A DNA stretch of 64,000 bases from Eubacteriales bacterium (lineage in GTDB: Bacteria; Bacillota; Clostridia; Oscillospirales; CAG-272), in the NCBI GenBank assembly GCA_045638385.1, contig JAZUBI010000127.1:6074-70073 (forward strand). Reading direction: 5' to 3'. How positions within the stretch are numbered: position 1 is the stretch's first letter; every line of letters begins with the position of its first letter. The notes beneath the pieces are model-generated. The model made no database searches. It was not told the DNA's origin and saw only the letters and a program-made list of their open reading frames with translations. This document shows positions 8,760 to 18,572 of this stretch, piece by piece. The position numbers were made by a program, and so were the translations under genes.

Positions 8760-11006
8760 TCAGATGTCTTCTATGCTGAGCTGTTGCTTACTGATGTCTT
8801 TCTCGCTGAGCAACACGCCTGTTGCGGGTAGCTTGAGCTTACGGTATCCCTTTGTATTCTCATACACGTTTTCAAAGTTGGAAATGGCGGCTGTAAGCTT
8901 ATGATTCTTCTTGACCGTCATAAGCTGGACTCCTATTGACGTCTTTGTGCTCTTGATCGGTATGAGAGAGGTTTTTATGATTATTGCGCGCTCTTCGCTT
9001 GATACAAGCATTATCTCAAAGGGATTCTTCTCCTGCTCCGAGAATACTGCAACAATAGGCGCGGCAGTTGAGAAAATACCCTTCAATTTACGTCTTACGC
9101 TCGACGTTTCATATGCCTTTTCGGGAATTCTGACGCCCTTACCGTTATCAAAGATAAACACGTAATTATATCCGTCTCTAAATTCGCTCTGAAGAGTCAT
9201 ATATATAGGTCTTTCGCCCGGATCCATCTTAAGCTCGGCAGGAAGGAAGTCACCAATAACCGATGCCTTTGTATTCTCAAAATCGCAGATATTTGCACGG
9301 TAAAGCTGTGCTTTATCAGTGAAGAAGAGAACTGTGTCTCTGTTTTCAGCATCAAATATCTGTCTTAAGCCGTCGCCTTCCTTGAATCTCTGTTCATCAT
9401 TTCCTTGAAGTGATTTGTAGGTGATCTTCTTGAAATAGCCCTCGTTTGAAAGCACGATCTTACAAGGATAATTCTCGACCTCTTCAACCTCAACGTATTC
9501 CTCAACGGTATCAAGATGTACGATCTGCGATCTGCGGGGCTGACCGTATTTCTTCTTGATCTCGGTAAGCTGTTTAGCAATAAGCGCCTTAAGCTTATAT
9601 TCATCCTTGAGTATTTCTTCGATCTCGGCGATCTGAGCCTTCAGATCCTCGATCTCGGAGATCCTGTTAATGATGTACTCGCGGTTAAGATTACGAAGCT
9701 TTATCTCGGCTATATAGTTAGCCTGTATCTCATCAATACTGAATCCTTCACAGAGGTTGGGGATTACATCCTCCTCTTTCTCGGTTTTTCTGATTATCTT
9801 GATCGCCTTATCTATATCGAGGAGTATCTTGCCGAGACCCAAAAGGAGATGGAGCTTATCGTTTTTCTTGCCAAGCTCAAACTTAAGCTCGCGTGTCAAG
9901 CAGGATTTCCTGAAGTCTATCCACTCTGTGAGTATATCGACTACACCAAGCTGACGCGGCTCTGCATCAATAATAATGTTGAAATTACACTTGTAGCTAC
10001 TCTCAAGAGGAGTGATCCTAAAGAGCTTCTGCATGAGCTTGTCGGGGTCTGTTCCTTTGCGAAGGTCGAGAGTAAGCTTAAATCCGTCGCGGTCAATCTC
10101 ATCTCTGAAATCCACGACCTCTTTAAGTTTTCCTTCCTTTACAAGCGCAGAGATCTTATTCAAGATCTGCTCGATAGTGGTTGAATAGGGGATCTGGAGT
10201 ATATCAATGCAATTTTCGGATGCATCATACGAATACCTTGAGCGAATCTTAAAGGATCCGTCTCCCGTTTCGTATATCTGTCGCATCTGCTCTAAATCGT
10301 AAAGTATTTGTCCGCCGCCCGGAAAATCCGGTGCTTTGATGATCTCCATTATCTTCTCGACAGAAAGATCGGGCTTTTTTAGGAGTGCAATCGTTCCATC
10401 GCATATTTCGGCAAGATTGAAAGGGCAGATATCCGATGCCATTCCGACCGCAATACCGCTGTTAGGTGTAACAAGAATATTGGGGAAGGTTGTGGGGAGG
10501 AGGCTGGGTTCCTTCAAGCTACCGTCATAGTTATCGACCATATCAACGGCGTTCTTATCGATTCCCTCAAACAATTCGGCGCAAAAGCTGTCGAGCTTTG
10601 CCTCTGTATAACGAGGTGCCGCGAACTTCATGTCCGATGAATATTGCTTACCAAAGCTTCCCTTGGAATCAATAAAAGGGTGAAGGAGTGTTTCGTTTCC
10701 TCGGGTAAGTCTTACCATCGTTTCATAAATCGACTGGTCACCGTGAGGATGAAGCTTCATTACAGCTCCGACGATATTTGCACTTTTTGTTCTTGCGCCC
10801 TTCAGAAGCCCCATAGTGTACATGGTGTACAGTATCTTTCTATGAGCAGGCTTAAAGCCGTCAATTTCGGGAATAGCTCTCGAAACGATAACGCTCATAG
10901 TATATGGCATATAGTTTTTCTCAATGGTATCTGTTATGAGCTGCGGCAAAACGGGGGCGTAAACTATTTGTTTTACTTCTTCGTTTTGTTTCTTTTTTCT
11001 CGCCAT
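8760..11006 (-). CDS. DNA gyrase/topoisomerase IV subunit A family protein (ParC-like, short form)
   Basis: 748-aa ORF with N-terminal GFKPAHRKILY, an active-site Tyr context (AAPRYTEAKL) and a beta-pinwheel-like C-terminus. It is shorter than a typical GyrA. Confidence 0.85.
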   Translation of the reverse strand: MARKKKQNEEVKQIVYAPVLPQLITDTIEKNYMPYTMSVIVSRAIPEIDGFKPAHRKILYTMYTMGLLKGARTKSANIVGAVMKLHPHGDQSIYETMVRLTRGNETLLHPFIDSKGSFGKQYSSDMKFAAPRYTEAKLDSFCAELFEGIDKNAVDMVDNYDGSLKEPSLLPTTFPNILVTPNSGIAVGMASDICPFNLAEICDGTIALLKKPDLSVEKIMEIIKAPDFPGGGQILYDLEQMRQIYETGDGSFKIRSRYSYDASENCIDILQIPYSTTIEQILNKISALVKEGKLKEVVDFRDEIDRDGFKLTLDLRKGTDPDKLMQKLFRITPLESSYKCNFNIIIDAEPRQLGVVDILTEWIDFRKSCLTRELKFELGKKNDKLHLLLGLGKILLDIDKAIKIIRKTEKEEDVIPNLCEGFSIDEIQANYIAEIKLRNLNREYIINRISEIEDLKAQIAEIEEILKDEYKLKALIAKQLTEIKKKYGQPRRSQIVHLDTVEEYVEVEEVENYPCKIVLSNEGYFKKITYKSLQGNDEQRFKEGDGLRQIFDAENRDTVLFFTDKAQLYRANICDFENTKASVIGDFLPAELKMDPGERPIYMTLQSEFRDGYNYVFIFDNGKGVRIPEKAYETSSVRRKLKGIFSTAAPIVAVFSEQEKNPFEIMLVSSEERAIIIKTSLIPIKSTKTSIGVQLMTVKKNHKLTAAISNFENVYENTKGYRKLKLPATGVLLSEKDISKQQLSIEDI

Positions 11007-11010
11007 TTAT

Positions 11011-12084
11011 TTAAACACCTTTCGTAAAGTAATCTTTGTCAATTTTAAGCACGGTGTGTGCCGCGGCACGTATCATGCGGTTATAGAGCGCAAGACCGAG
11101 ACCGCTTTTATCGGGAAGATGGGCATATATGACCTGCGGAGAGAGTCTGTCACACTGGCGAAGTCTTGAAAAAAGATTCTTTCCGTGTGATTTTATGTCA
11201 TTGCGTGCGCCTATCGGAAGAAGCAACTCTTCGTCAAGGCTTGAAATCTCCTCATCATAGCATATTATCGCGCATTTCTTCGATTTCTGCTCATTTCGGA
11301 GAAAATTCAGAACATCTTCATCCGATCCGTCAAGCAAAATAAGCGGGGAAGCGGGAGCGTAATGCTTGTATTTCATACCCGGAGATAATGGATGCTCGTT
11401 TTCACTGAGCGTTCCCTCGAGGGTCTTTGATATTTCAACATTATCGCATACACAGCACAAAGCATCATATGTTATTGCTCCGGGACGGAGAAGGAGCAAG
11501 CTGTCTGCATCTTGATCATTCTTGATCATTACGATAGTTGACTCCAAGCCGATCTCACAATCGCCACCGTCGATTATCATATCGACCTTGCCATCAAAAT
11601 CCTCTATTACGTATTCAACGCTTGTAGCGGACGGTCTGCCCGAAATATTAGCTGACGGCGCGGCTATCGGCACTCCTGATTCATTTATAATTGCTCTCGC
11701 AACGGGATGCGAGGGGCAACGTACAGCAACGGTATCAAGTCCGCCTGTGGTTTCTTTAGGAATAATATCCTTTTTAGGTAAAATAACTGTCAACGGCCCC
11801 GGCATAAATGCCTTTGCAAGATCATAATAAAGCTTGCATGTGTGGGAATATTTTTCAGCATCCTCGGGAGATGCTATATGAATGATCAACGGATTATCAG
11901 ACGGACGTCCCTTTGCCTCGTAGATTTTCTTTGAGGAAAGGGGATTAGTGCCGTCTCCGCCGAGACCGTAAACAGTTTCCGTGGGAATAACTACAAGTCC
12001 TCCCGATCTGATTACAGAAGCCGCTTTTTTAATATCGCCGCTTTGTGCGTTTATATCGCTGATTTTTATTGTTTCGGTATTCAA
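11011..12084 (-). CDS. L-threonylcarbamoyladenylate synthase (Sua5/YwlC type)
   Basis: YrdC domain (VVIPTETVYGLG) plus a C-terminal Sua5 domain; 357 aa. Confidence 0.85.
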   Translation of the reverse strand: MNTETIKISDINAQSGDIKKAASVIRSGGLVVIPTETVYGLGGDGTNPLSSKKIYEAKGRPSDNPLIIHIASPEDAEKYSHTCKLYYDLAKAFMPGPLTVILPKKDIIPKETTGGLDTVAVRCPSHPVARAIINESGVPIAAPSANISGRPSATSVEYVIEDFDGKVDMIIDGGDCEIGLESTIVMIKNDQDADSLLLLRPGAITYDALCCVCDNVEISKTLEGTLSENEHPLSPGMKYKHYAPASPLILLDGSDEDVLNFLRNEQKSKKCAIICYDEEISSLDEELLLPIGARNDIKSHGKNLFSRLRQCDRLSPQVIYAHLPDKSGLGLALYNRMIRAAAHTVLKIDKDYFTKGV

Positions 12085-12112
12085 AATGCGACTCCTTTCA
12101 CAAAATTAAATT

Positions 12113-13189
12113 TTAATTACTGTTTTCCGCTTTTAGCTTTTCAGCGGTATCGGTTGCAATCAAAGAATCGATCATAGCACCTATATTTCCATTCAAGAAG
12201 TCCTCAAGAGAATAAAGGGTCAATCCTATTCTGTGGTCGGTGACACGGTTTTGAGGATAGTTATATGTTCTGATCTTTTCGCTTCTGTCTCCCGTTCCGA
12301 CCTGACTTTTTCTGTCAGATGCGACCTTTTCGCTCTGCTCACGCTGTTTTATATCGTAAAGCTTCGCGCGCAGCATTTTAAGCGCTTTATCCTTGTTTTT
12401 GAACTGAGAGCGCTCCTCCTGACATTCAATGACGATTCCGGTGGGCTTATGGGTTAGTCTTACCGCAGACTCGGTTTTGTTTATATGCTGACCGCCGGCT
12501 CCGCTCGACTTGCAGGATTCATATATAAGATCTGAATCCTTTATTTCTATTTCGACATCCTCGACCTCGGGAAGGACCGCTACTGTAGCGGTTGAGGTTT
12601 GGATTCGACCTTGAGATTCCGTTTCGGGCACTCTCTGTACACGGTGAACACCGGATTCAAATTTGAATCGGGAATAAGCGCCGTCGCCCTCTACCGAAAA
12701 TGATATTTCCTTATATCCGCCAAGCTCGGTCTCATTCGCATTTGCCACAGAGACCTTAAATCCGACAGTTGCGGCATACATGGAATACATACGGTAAAGC
12801 ACTGCCGCAAACAGCGCGGCCTCTTCACCGCCTGCACCCGCACGGATCTCAACTATAACGTTCTTATCGTCATTGGGATCTCGGGGAATAAGAAGCAGTG
12901 TAAGCTCCTCGGCAAGAGCTTCAAGGCGCGTTTTTGCATCCTTGAGCTCCTCCTGAGCCATCGCTTTCATTTCATCGTCATCGGTTTCGTCAATTATCAG
13001 AAGAGCATCGTTAATATCCTGCTCGGTTCGCTTGTATTGACGGTATTTTTCGACGACTGCTGTCAGAGAACGGTATTCCTTGATTGCCTTGGCATAGGCA
13101 GTTGCATCGGTTATCAGAGCTGTATTATTGGCAAGCTCATATTCGAGCCTATCGTATTTCTCGACTGTTGCGTCAAGCTTTTCAAACAT
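12113..13189 (-). CDS. prfA: peptide chain release factor 1
   Basis: GGQ motif (SGAGGQHINK) and RF1-type PxT region (RVQRVPETESQGR); 358 aa. Confidence 0.95.
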   Translation of the reverse strand: MFEKLDATVEKYDRLEYELANNTALITDATAYAKAIKEYRSLTAVVEKYRQYKRTEQDINDALLIIDETDDDEMKAMAQEELKDAKTRLEALAEELTLLLIPRDPNDDKNVIVEIRAGAGGEEAALFAAVLYRMYSMYAATVGFKVSVANANETELGGYKEISFSVEGDGAYSRFKFESGVHRVQRVPETESQGRIQTSTATVAVLPEVEDVEIEIKDSDLIYESCKSSGAGGQHINKTESAVRLTHKPTGIVIECQEERSQFKNKDKALKMLRAKLYDIKQREQSEKVASDRKSQVGTGDRSEKIRTYNYPQNRVTDHRIGLTLYSLEDFLNGNIGAMIDSLIATDTAEKLKAENSN

Positions 13190-13191
13190 AA

Positions 13192-14568
13192 TTATGCCTT
13201 AAGGAAAGCGTAGAACGCCTTATGAGCAGTATATACGTCTGCCTTTGATACAAGCTCATAGGGAGCGTGCATAGAAATAACGGCTACTCCGAGGTCAACT
13301 GTCTCGATATTGTGCTTTGCGATGAACTTTGCAACAGTTCCGCCGCCGCCCTGATCAGCCTTACCAAGCTCTGCAGCCTGCCAAATAACACCGTACTCCT
13401 CGAATATTTTTCTTATCCAAGCAATGTACTCTGCAGGAGCATCATTAGTGCCGCCCTTACCGCCGCTACCGGTATACTTTGACATAGTAATACCGCAGTT
13501 GATCTTTGCAGAGTTCATTGACTCATAGACACTTGCGAAATTGGGATCGAAGCATGCGTTCACGTCTGCGGAGAGGCACTTTGAGTTTGCTTTTACCTTA
13601 TAAATGCTTCCGCCAAGCTCCTCGGTAATAGCACCGAGAAGGTCAGTAAAGAGTGCAGACTGCATACCTGTATTACCCTCACTTCCGATCTCCTCCTTGT
13701 CAGCGAGCACAACCATTGCAGTATGTACGCTGTCATCAGATTCAAAGAGAGCTGTAAGGGAAGGATATGCGCAAACCTTATCGTCATGTCCGTATGCTGA
13801 GATCATGGAACGGTCAAAGCCAACGTCATGAGAATTATCTGCCGGAACAACGAAGATATCAGCAGAGAGGAAGTCTTCCTCATCGATGCCGTATTTTTCG
13901 TTAAGTATGGTAAGAATATTGAGCTTGATCTTGTTGGATTCCTCTGTATCTGCAAGGGGACGGGAACCGAGAACAATGTTAAGGCTCTCTGCAGGGATAG
14001 CCTGTCCCAAGGGCTTTGCGTTCTGATCCTTTGCAAGGTGGGGAAGAAGATCGTTAATATAGAATACGGGGTCGCCTGCCTCATCACCGATCTTGATATC
14101 AACGGTTGTACCGTCCTTCTTTGCAACTGTACCGTGAAGCGCCAAAGGAGTTGCTACCCACTGATATTTGCGTACTCCACCGTAATAGTGAGTCTTTGCG
14201 AAGCAGAATCCGCCCTCCTCGTATATGGGGGACTGCTTGAAATCGAGACGGGGGCTATCGATATGAGATGCAACGATTCTTACTCCGTTGTTAATATCCT
14301 CGCTACCAATGCGGAAAAGGTAGATATTTCTGCCTCTGTTGTTGTAATAAAGCTTATCGCCTGCTTTGATCTTGTCACCGAAGGAGTATGCCTTATAGCC
14401 GTTCTTCTCAGCAAGTGCGATGGTAGTCTTTACAGCCTCGCGCTCGGTCTTCGAATTATCCATGTACTCACAGTAGCCTACGCAATAGTCATATGCGGTT
14501 TTGATATCCGCATCGCTTGCGTTTTCATAAAAGTTTGTTCTTTGATAGGTAAGCTTCTTTTCGCTCAT
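13192..14568 (-). CDS. M18 family aminopeptidase
   Basis: 458-aa ORF with the ASHIDSPRLD motif and M18/aminopeptidase-1-like sequence. Its stop lies 2 nt from the prfA start. Confidence 0.85.
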   Translation of the reverse strand: MSEKKLTYQRTNFYENASDADIKTAYDYCVGYCEYMDNSKTEREAVKTTIALAEKNGYKAYSFGDKIKAGDKLYYNNRGRNIYLFRIGSEDINNGVRIVASHIDSPRLDFKQSPIYEEGGFCFAKTHYYGGVRKYQWVATPLALHGTVAKKDGTTVDIKIGDEAGDPVFYINDLLPHLAKDQNAKPLGQAIPAESLNIVLGSRPLADTEESNKIKLNILTILNEKYGIDEEDFLSADIFVVPADNSHDVGFDRSMISAYGHDDKVCAYPSLTALFESDDSVHTAMVVLADKEEIGSEGNTGMQSALFTDLLGAITEELGGSIYKVKANSKCLSADVNACFDPNFASVYESMNSAKINCGITMSKYTGSGGKGGTNDAPAEYIAWIRKIFEEYGVIWQAAELGKADQGGGGTVAKFIAKHNIETVDLGVAVISMHAPYELVSKADVYTAHKAFYAFLKA

Positions 14569-14601
14569 TTTTTTATAGTCCTTTCTTTATCTTATCAAAT
14601 T

Positions 14602-15195
14602 TTATTCATAAAGCTCTCTGTAATGCTTAAGAGCCTTGTTTACTTTTTTAACGTAAAGCTTTGTTTCTCTGAATTCTCTTGGGATCTTGTTTACGTTAAG
14701 CTTTACTCCGTCTTCGCTGTATTTGGGATCGGCGAGCCACTCGGAAACATTACCCTCGCCACAGTTATATGCGGCAAGTGCGGTATCCCAATCGCCAAAT
14801 CGGTTATACAAACGCGAAAGATAATAGGTTCCGTATTTTATACTGATTTCGGGGACGTAGAGCATATCGACATTGTACGGGTCATGCAATATATCCTTTG
14901 CAAGCCACTCGAACGTCTTGGGCATCATTTGCATAAGTCCGATAGCTCCCTTAGCCGACTTTGCAGATGCTTCAAAGTCACTCTCGGTTTTGATCACCGC
15001 ATAAATGACCTCCTTTGGCACACCGTACTCTTGAGAGTATTTTTCTACAAGCGGCTCATATTCTTCGGGGCACGGGTACATTGAGTTTTCAATTCCCGTA
15101 AGCGCCAGATCAACAAGGATGCCAAATAATATTCCAATAACTATCACAATAAGTATAGCGGGAGCAAGAGATGATCTTCTTCTTACTGTTTTCAA
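14602..15195 (-). CDS. lytic transglycosylase (SLT domain) with N-terminal membrane anchor
   Basis: SLT catalytic region (IKTESDF ... GAIGLMQM ... AAYNCG) and an N-terminal TM helix. Confidence 0.8.
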   Translation of the reverse strand: MKTVRRRSSLAPAILIVIVIGILFGILVDLALTGIENSMYPCPEEYEPLVEKYSQEYGVPKEVIYAVIKTESDFEASAKSAKGAIGLMQMMPKTFEWLAKDILHDPYNVDMLYVPEISIKYGTYYLSRLYNRFGDWDTALAAYNCGEGNVSEWLADPKYSEDGVKLNVNKIPREFRETKLYVKKVNKALKHYRELYE

Positions 15196-15196
15196 G

Positions 15197-15799
15197 CTAA
15201 ATCACTCTCCTCTCGGACAGTATCTTGAAAATATACTGATCTATGCTTTCTATCTCGCCGTTGTTTTGAATACAATAATCGGTATTTTCAATATAAAAAG
15301 CATCATTTTTCTGGGAATTTATACGTTGCAGCGCCATCTCCTTCTCAATTCCGTCTCTTAAAGCGATCCGTTGAGCGCGAGTGTCTTTATCTGCCAAAAC
15401 AGAGACAGTAAAATCGCATCTTGAAGAAAGCCCTGCCTCGATAAGAAGGGGAGCATCGATGATAACCAGCGATTTTTCTGATTCAAGTGATGAAATTGTA
15501 TCGTTTATCGTCTTAACAACGTGCTTGTGCGTTATACTGTTGAGCAATTCAAGTTTATCACGGTTTTCAACACCAAAGACAAGCCTTGAAAGAGCACGGC
15601 GGTCGAGTGAATGATCTTCGTTTATGACAGATTCTCCAAAGCATTCTTTTATCTCATTAAGACATTCCGACGGAGCAGATACGATACTGTGATAAATTTC
15701 GTCAGCGTTTAATACATAAAATCCGTATTTTTGAGAAAATATACGCGAGATCTCGCTTTTTCCCGCACCGCTGGGTCCTGTAATACCTATAACGGTCAC
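15197..15799 (-). CDS. coaE: dephospho-CoA kinase
   Basis: P-loop GITGPSGAGKS, 200 aa, and the coaE-SLT arrangement common in Firmicutes. Confidence 0.9.
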   Translation of the reverse strand: MTVIGITGPSGAGKSEISRIFSQKYGFYVLNADEIYHSIVSAPSECLNEIKECFGESVINEDHSLDRRALSRLVFGVENRDKLELLNSITHKHVVKTINDTISSLESEKSLVIIDAPLLIEAGLSSRCDFTVSVLADKDTRAQRIALRDGIEKEMALQRINSQKNDAFYIENTDYCIQNNGEIESIDQYIFKILSERRVI

Positions 15800-15835
15800 A
15801 TCTGCCTCCTTTCAGAATAGCACTGTCTATTCGAT

Positions 15836-16984
15836 TTATTTTATAACTATTTCTTTGCCACCAAGATACGACTCGTGTGCCGCATCAAGTATTTTCTGAA
15901 CTGCCGCCCCGTCAGCAAACGAAGGACAGGCTTCTTTGCCATTTGCAACAGTTTCAAGGAAGGAATACATTGATCCTATATGACCGCGCAACCATCCGTT
16001 CGGAGCCTTGGGAGAGGGGAAGTTTCCCGCCGGAGCTTCATAGCGTCCAACACACTCGATCTTTGTAAAGCCTGAACATCCGCCATAGACACCGCTTTCT
16101 GCATGCGTATCGTAAAAATATAGCCAATCGGGCTCCATAAGATCAAATCTTATTGCGCCCTCTGTACCCCAAACAGAAAAGGTAAGTCCGTCATTTTCGC
16201 CAACGTGTATCTTTCCGACAGTTATATTGCCGACTGCACCGCAATTAAGCGTTGCGATCATATACGACGCCTCGTCTGCGTTCGTTTTCCACACGCTTCC
16301 GTCAGCGCGCTTATGCTCGGAAAACGCTATCTGCTCTTTTGAGTAAACCGAGTGAAAATCGCCGCACAAATACCTGCAAAGATCAACGACGTGCGAGCCG
16401 AGATCGAAAAGCGTTCCCGCTCCGCACACCTCTGCATCCTGCTTCCAGCCTGCACTTCTTTGAGGATCGATACAGCTGTTATGCAGATATTTAAAATCAA
16501 AGGACAAGATACGACCGAGCCTACCACTCTCAATAAGCTGCTTTGCACGTTTCACAGCCGCAAGATGGCGGTTATTGAAAACGATACCGCATACTTGACC
16601 GTTTTTATCGTATGCTTCCTGTGCCATTCTTTGGAGTATATCAGCCTCTTCATAATTTATTCCAAGCGTCTTTTCACACAAAACATGCTTTCCCGCCTTG
16701 ATAGCCTTTACGGCACTTTCAAAGTGGTATATATTCGGGGTGCTGATATCAATTATATCTATCTCCGGATCGTTTATAATGTCGTCCTCATTAATCGTTG
16801 CAATATCAAAGCCATAGTCGCTTTTTGCCTTATTTGCGCTCTCCTGATGTGATGTACACACAGACGCATATCTTGCCGAAAAACCACAGCCTGCATAGTA
16901 AAAGGGAACAGACATTGCGGAATAAAGATGCGTTTTACCCATAGCGCCAAATCCTAAAAGGCCTATTTTAAATTCTTTTGACAT
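15836..16984 (-). CDS. Gfo/Idh/MocA family oxidoreductase
   Basis: N-terminal Rossmann fold (IGLLGFGAMGKTH), the EKT/EKP-type motif (VLCEKTL) and a C-terminal alpha/beta domain. Confidence 0.85.
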   Translation of the reverse strand: MSKEFKIGLLGFGAMGKTHLYSAMSVPFYYAGCGFSARYASVCTSHQESANKAKSDYGFDIATINEDDIINDPEIDIIDISTPNIYHFESAVKAIKAGKHVLCEKTLGINYEEADILQRMAQEAYDKNGQVCGIVFNNRHLAAVKRAKQLIESGRLGRILSFDFKYLHNSCIDPQRSAGWKQDAEVCGAGTLFDLGSHVVDLCRYLCGDFHSVYSKEQIAFSEHKRADGSVWKTNADEASYMIATLNCGAVGNITVGKIHVGENDGLTFSVWGTEGAIRFDLMEPDWLYFYDTHAESGVYGGCSGFTKIECVGRYEAPAGNFPSPKAPNGWLRGHIGSMYSFLETVANGKEACPSFADGAAVQKILDAAHESYLGGKEIVIK

Positions 16985-17100
16985 ATCGGCTCCTTAAAAT
17001 TGAACATATATAATGTATTATAATACATTTAGCAAATTTTTTCAAGGGGGTATTTGCAATAAAAACCCAATATAAATAAAAATATTCGAGAATATTTACA

Positions 17101-17129
17101 TTGACAATCGAAGTGCGGTATGCTATACT
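17101..17129 (+). promoter_or_regulatory. sigma-A-type promoter
   Basis: TTGACA-N17-TATACT with a TGn extended -10, about 45 nt upstream of ATG 17174. Confidence 0.5.
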
Positions 17130-17173
17130 TATTATGGTACACCGTGACATCGCACAATAAAGAGGAGGGGCTT

Positions 17174-17746
17174 ATGGAGATATTGCGAAATTCGATAAAG
17201 CAACATGTAAAAAAGCAGATTATAAAAAAGAGCGTATTCCTTGTATTTTTAGCGGTCGCCGTTGCTTTTCTTGCATACATATCAGGCGATAAAGCTATTG
17301 TAACGGGCAGCAGCAACTACCGATTTCTTTATGCCGTGGGTTCTCTTGTGCTTTCAGTAGCCGTTGTTATTTTGGTTGCATTTAAGATAGGGTATTTTCG
17401 TCTTATTTTCAGCAGAGAATGGACGGGTACCGTAATCGAGGCGCAGGAATCTGCTTTTAATTTTAAAAATTTTAACAATAATAATTGGTCAAGGGACAGC
17501 ATCCGCAACACAAACGCCTTTTCTATTAAGGTGCAGATCGATGGAAGCAATAAAATAAAAAAGCTTGCATTTAACATGAATAAGATCACATCAAAGGTAT
17601 ATTGCGTGGGTGACAGAATTCATTTTATAAAAGGGACGAAATACCCCATAAATTTGACTCGCGAGGAGGAACAGCATATCTGCCCGATGTGCGCACGAAA
17701 CAGTTGCTACGGTGACTTTTGCCCGGATTGTAAGCTTTATTATTAA
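17174..17746 (+). CDS. hypothetical membrane protein with C-terminal zinc-ribbon
   Basis: ATG 17174 is preceded by AGGAGGGG. The product has two TM helices and then CPMC...CPDC at the C-terminus. No family was recognised. Confidence 0.6.
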   Translation: MEILRNSIKQHVKKQIIKKSVFLVFLAVAVAFLAYISGDKAIVTGSSNYRFLYAVGSLVLSVAVVILVAFKIGYFRLIFSREWTGTVIEAQESAFNFKNFNNNNWSRDSIRNTNAFSIKVQIDGSNKIKKLAFNMNKITSKVYCVGDRIHFIKGTKYPINLTREEEQHICPMCARNSCYGDFCPDCKLYY

Positions 17747-17780
17747 ATAGATTCATGCGACATAAATTTTTAAAAATCGG

Positions 17781-17809
17781 TTGCTTTTTATTCCGTAATA
17801 TAGTATAAT
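17781..17809 (+). promoter_or_regulatory. sigma-A-type promoter for the HAD-murB-whiA-dnaE block
   Basis: TTGCTT-N17-TATAAT about 50 nt upstream of ATG 17860. The -10 box lies inside a 14-bp perfect palindrome. Confidence 0.45.
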
Positions 17810-17841
17810 GATATTGTATTGTACTATATTACGGATTTTTT
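17792..17841 (+). terminator. AT-rich hairpin plus T-run (terminator and/or operator)
   Basis: TCCGTAATATAGTA (17792-17805) pairs with TACTATATTACGGA (17822-17835) around a 16-nt loop, followed by TTTTTT. Confidence 0.45.
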
Positions 17842-17859
17842 AACGAAAGGGACAGACAA

Positions 17860-18549
17860 ATGTCGAAGTATAAATTTCTCTTATTCGATGCAGATGCAAC
17901 TCTGATGGACTTCCACCGCTCTGAGCATGAGGCGGTAACAGAATGTCTTGAATTTTTCGGTTTACCGAGCGATGAGTCTGTGATATCCAAATATTCCGAA
18001 ATCAACGCAGGGTATTGGAAAATGCTTGAGCGCGGAGAAATTGAGAAGGAAAAGCTCTATCCCGCAAGATGGCGTTCTTTGATCGAGTATTACGGCTTTG
18101 ATTGCAATGCAAACGAGATAAGTGACAAATACATTGAAAGGCTTGCAACCAAGTCCTACATGCTTGACGGCGCTCTTGAGCTTTGTCAGGCGCTGTACGG
18201 AAAATTCAAAATGTATATTGTTACCAACGGTCAAAAGGACATTCAAAAAAGCAGACTTTTTCCGTCACCGATCTTTAAATACTTTGACGGCTGTTTCATT
18301 TCAGAGGATATAGGCTATGAAAAACCAAGCATAAAGTATTTTGATGCCGTAACTGAGCAGATTCCGGGTTATGAGCCCGGTAAGGCGATCATTATCGGAG
18401 ATTCATTAACATCAGATATGCAGGGCGGAATCAACGCGGGAATTGATACCTGCTGGTATAACCCCCATAAAAAGGAAATACCCGAGGGCTACAAGCTTAC
18501 CTATACGGTAAGTAATTTTGAGGAGATGGCAAGCATTCTTTTAAAGTGA
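17860..18549 (+). CDS. HAD family hydrolase (YjjG-like nucleotidase subfamily)
   Basis: HAD motif I (LLFDADATLMD), motif III/IV region (IIGDSLTSDMQGG); 229 aa. Confidence 0.8.
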   Translation: MSKYKFLLFDADATLMDFHRSEHEAVTECLEFFGLPSDESVISKYSEINAGYWKMLERGEIEKEKLYPARWRSLIEYYGFDCNANEISDKYIERLATKSYMLDGALELCQALYGKFKMYIVTNGQKDIQKSRLFPSPIFKYFDGCFISEDIGYEKPSIKYFDAVTEQIPGYEPGKAIIIGDSLTSDMQGGINAGIDTCWYNPHKKEIPEGYKLTYTVSNFEEMASILLK

Positions 18550-18572
18550 TCCTGCCATGTATAGGAGATCAT

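Noticed and set aside
13828-15084. 418-aa + strand ORF antisense to the M18 aminopeptidase and the SLT gene
   Set aside because: It spans two unrelated sense genes and their intergenic gap, has low-complexity composition and no translation signals. It is a shadow ORF produced by codon bias.
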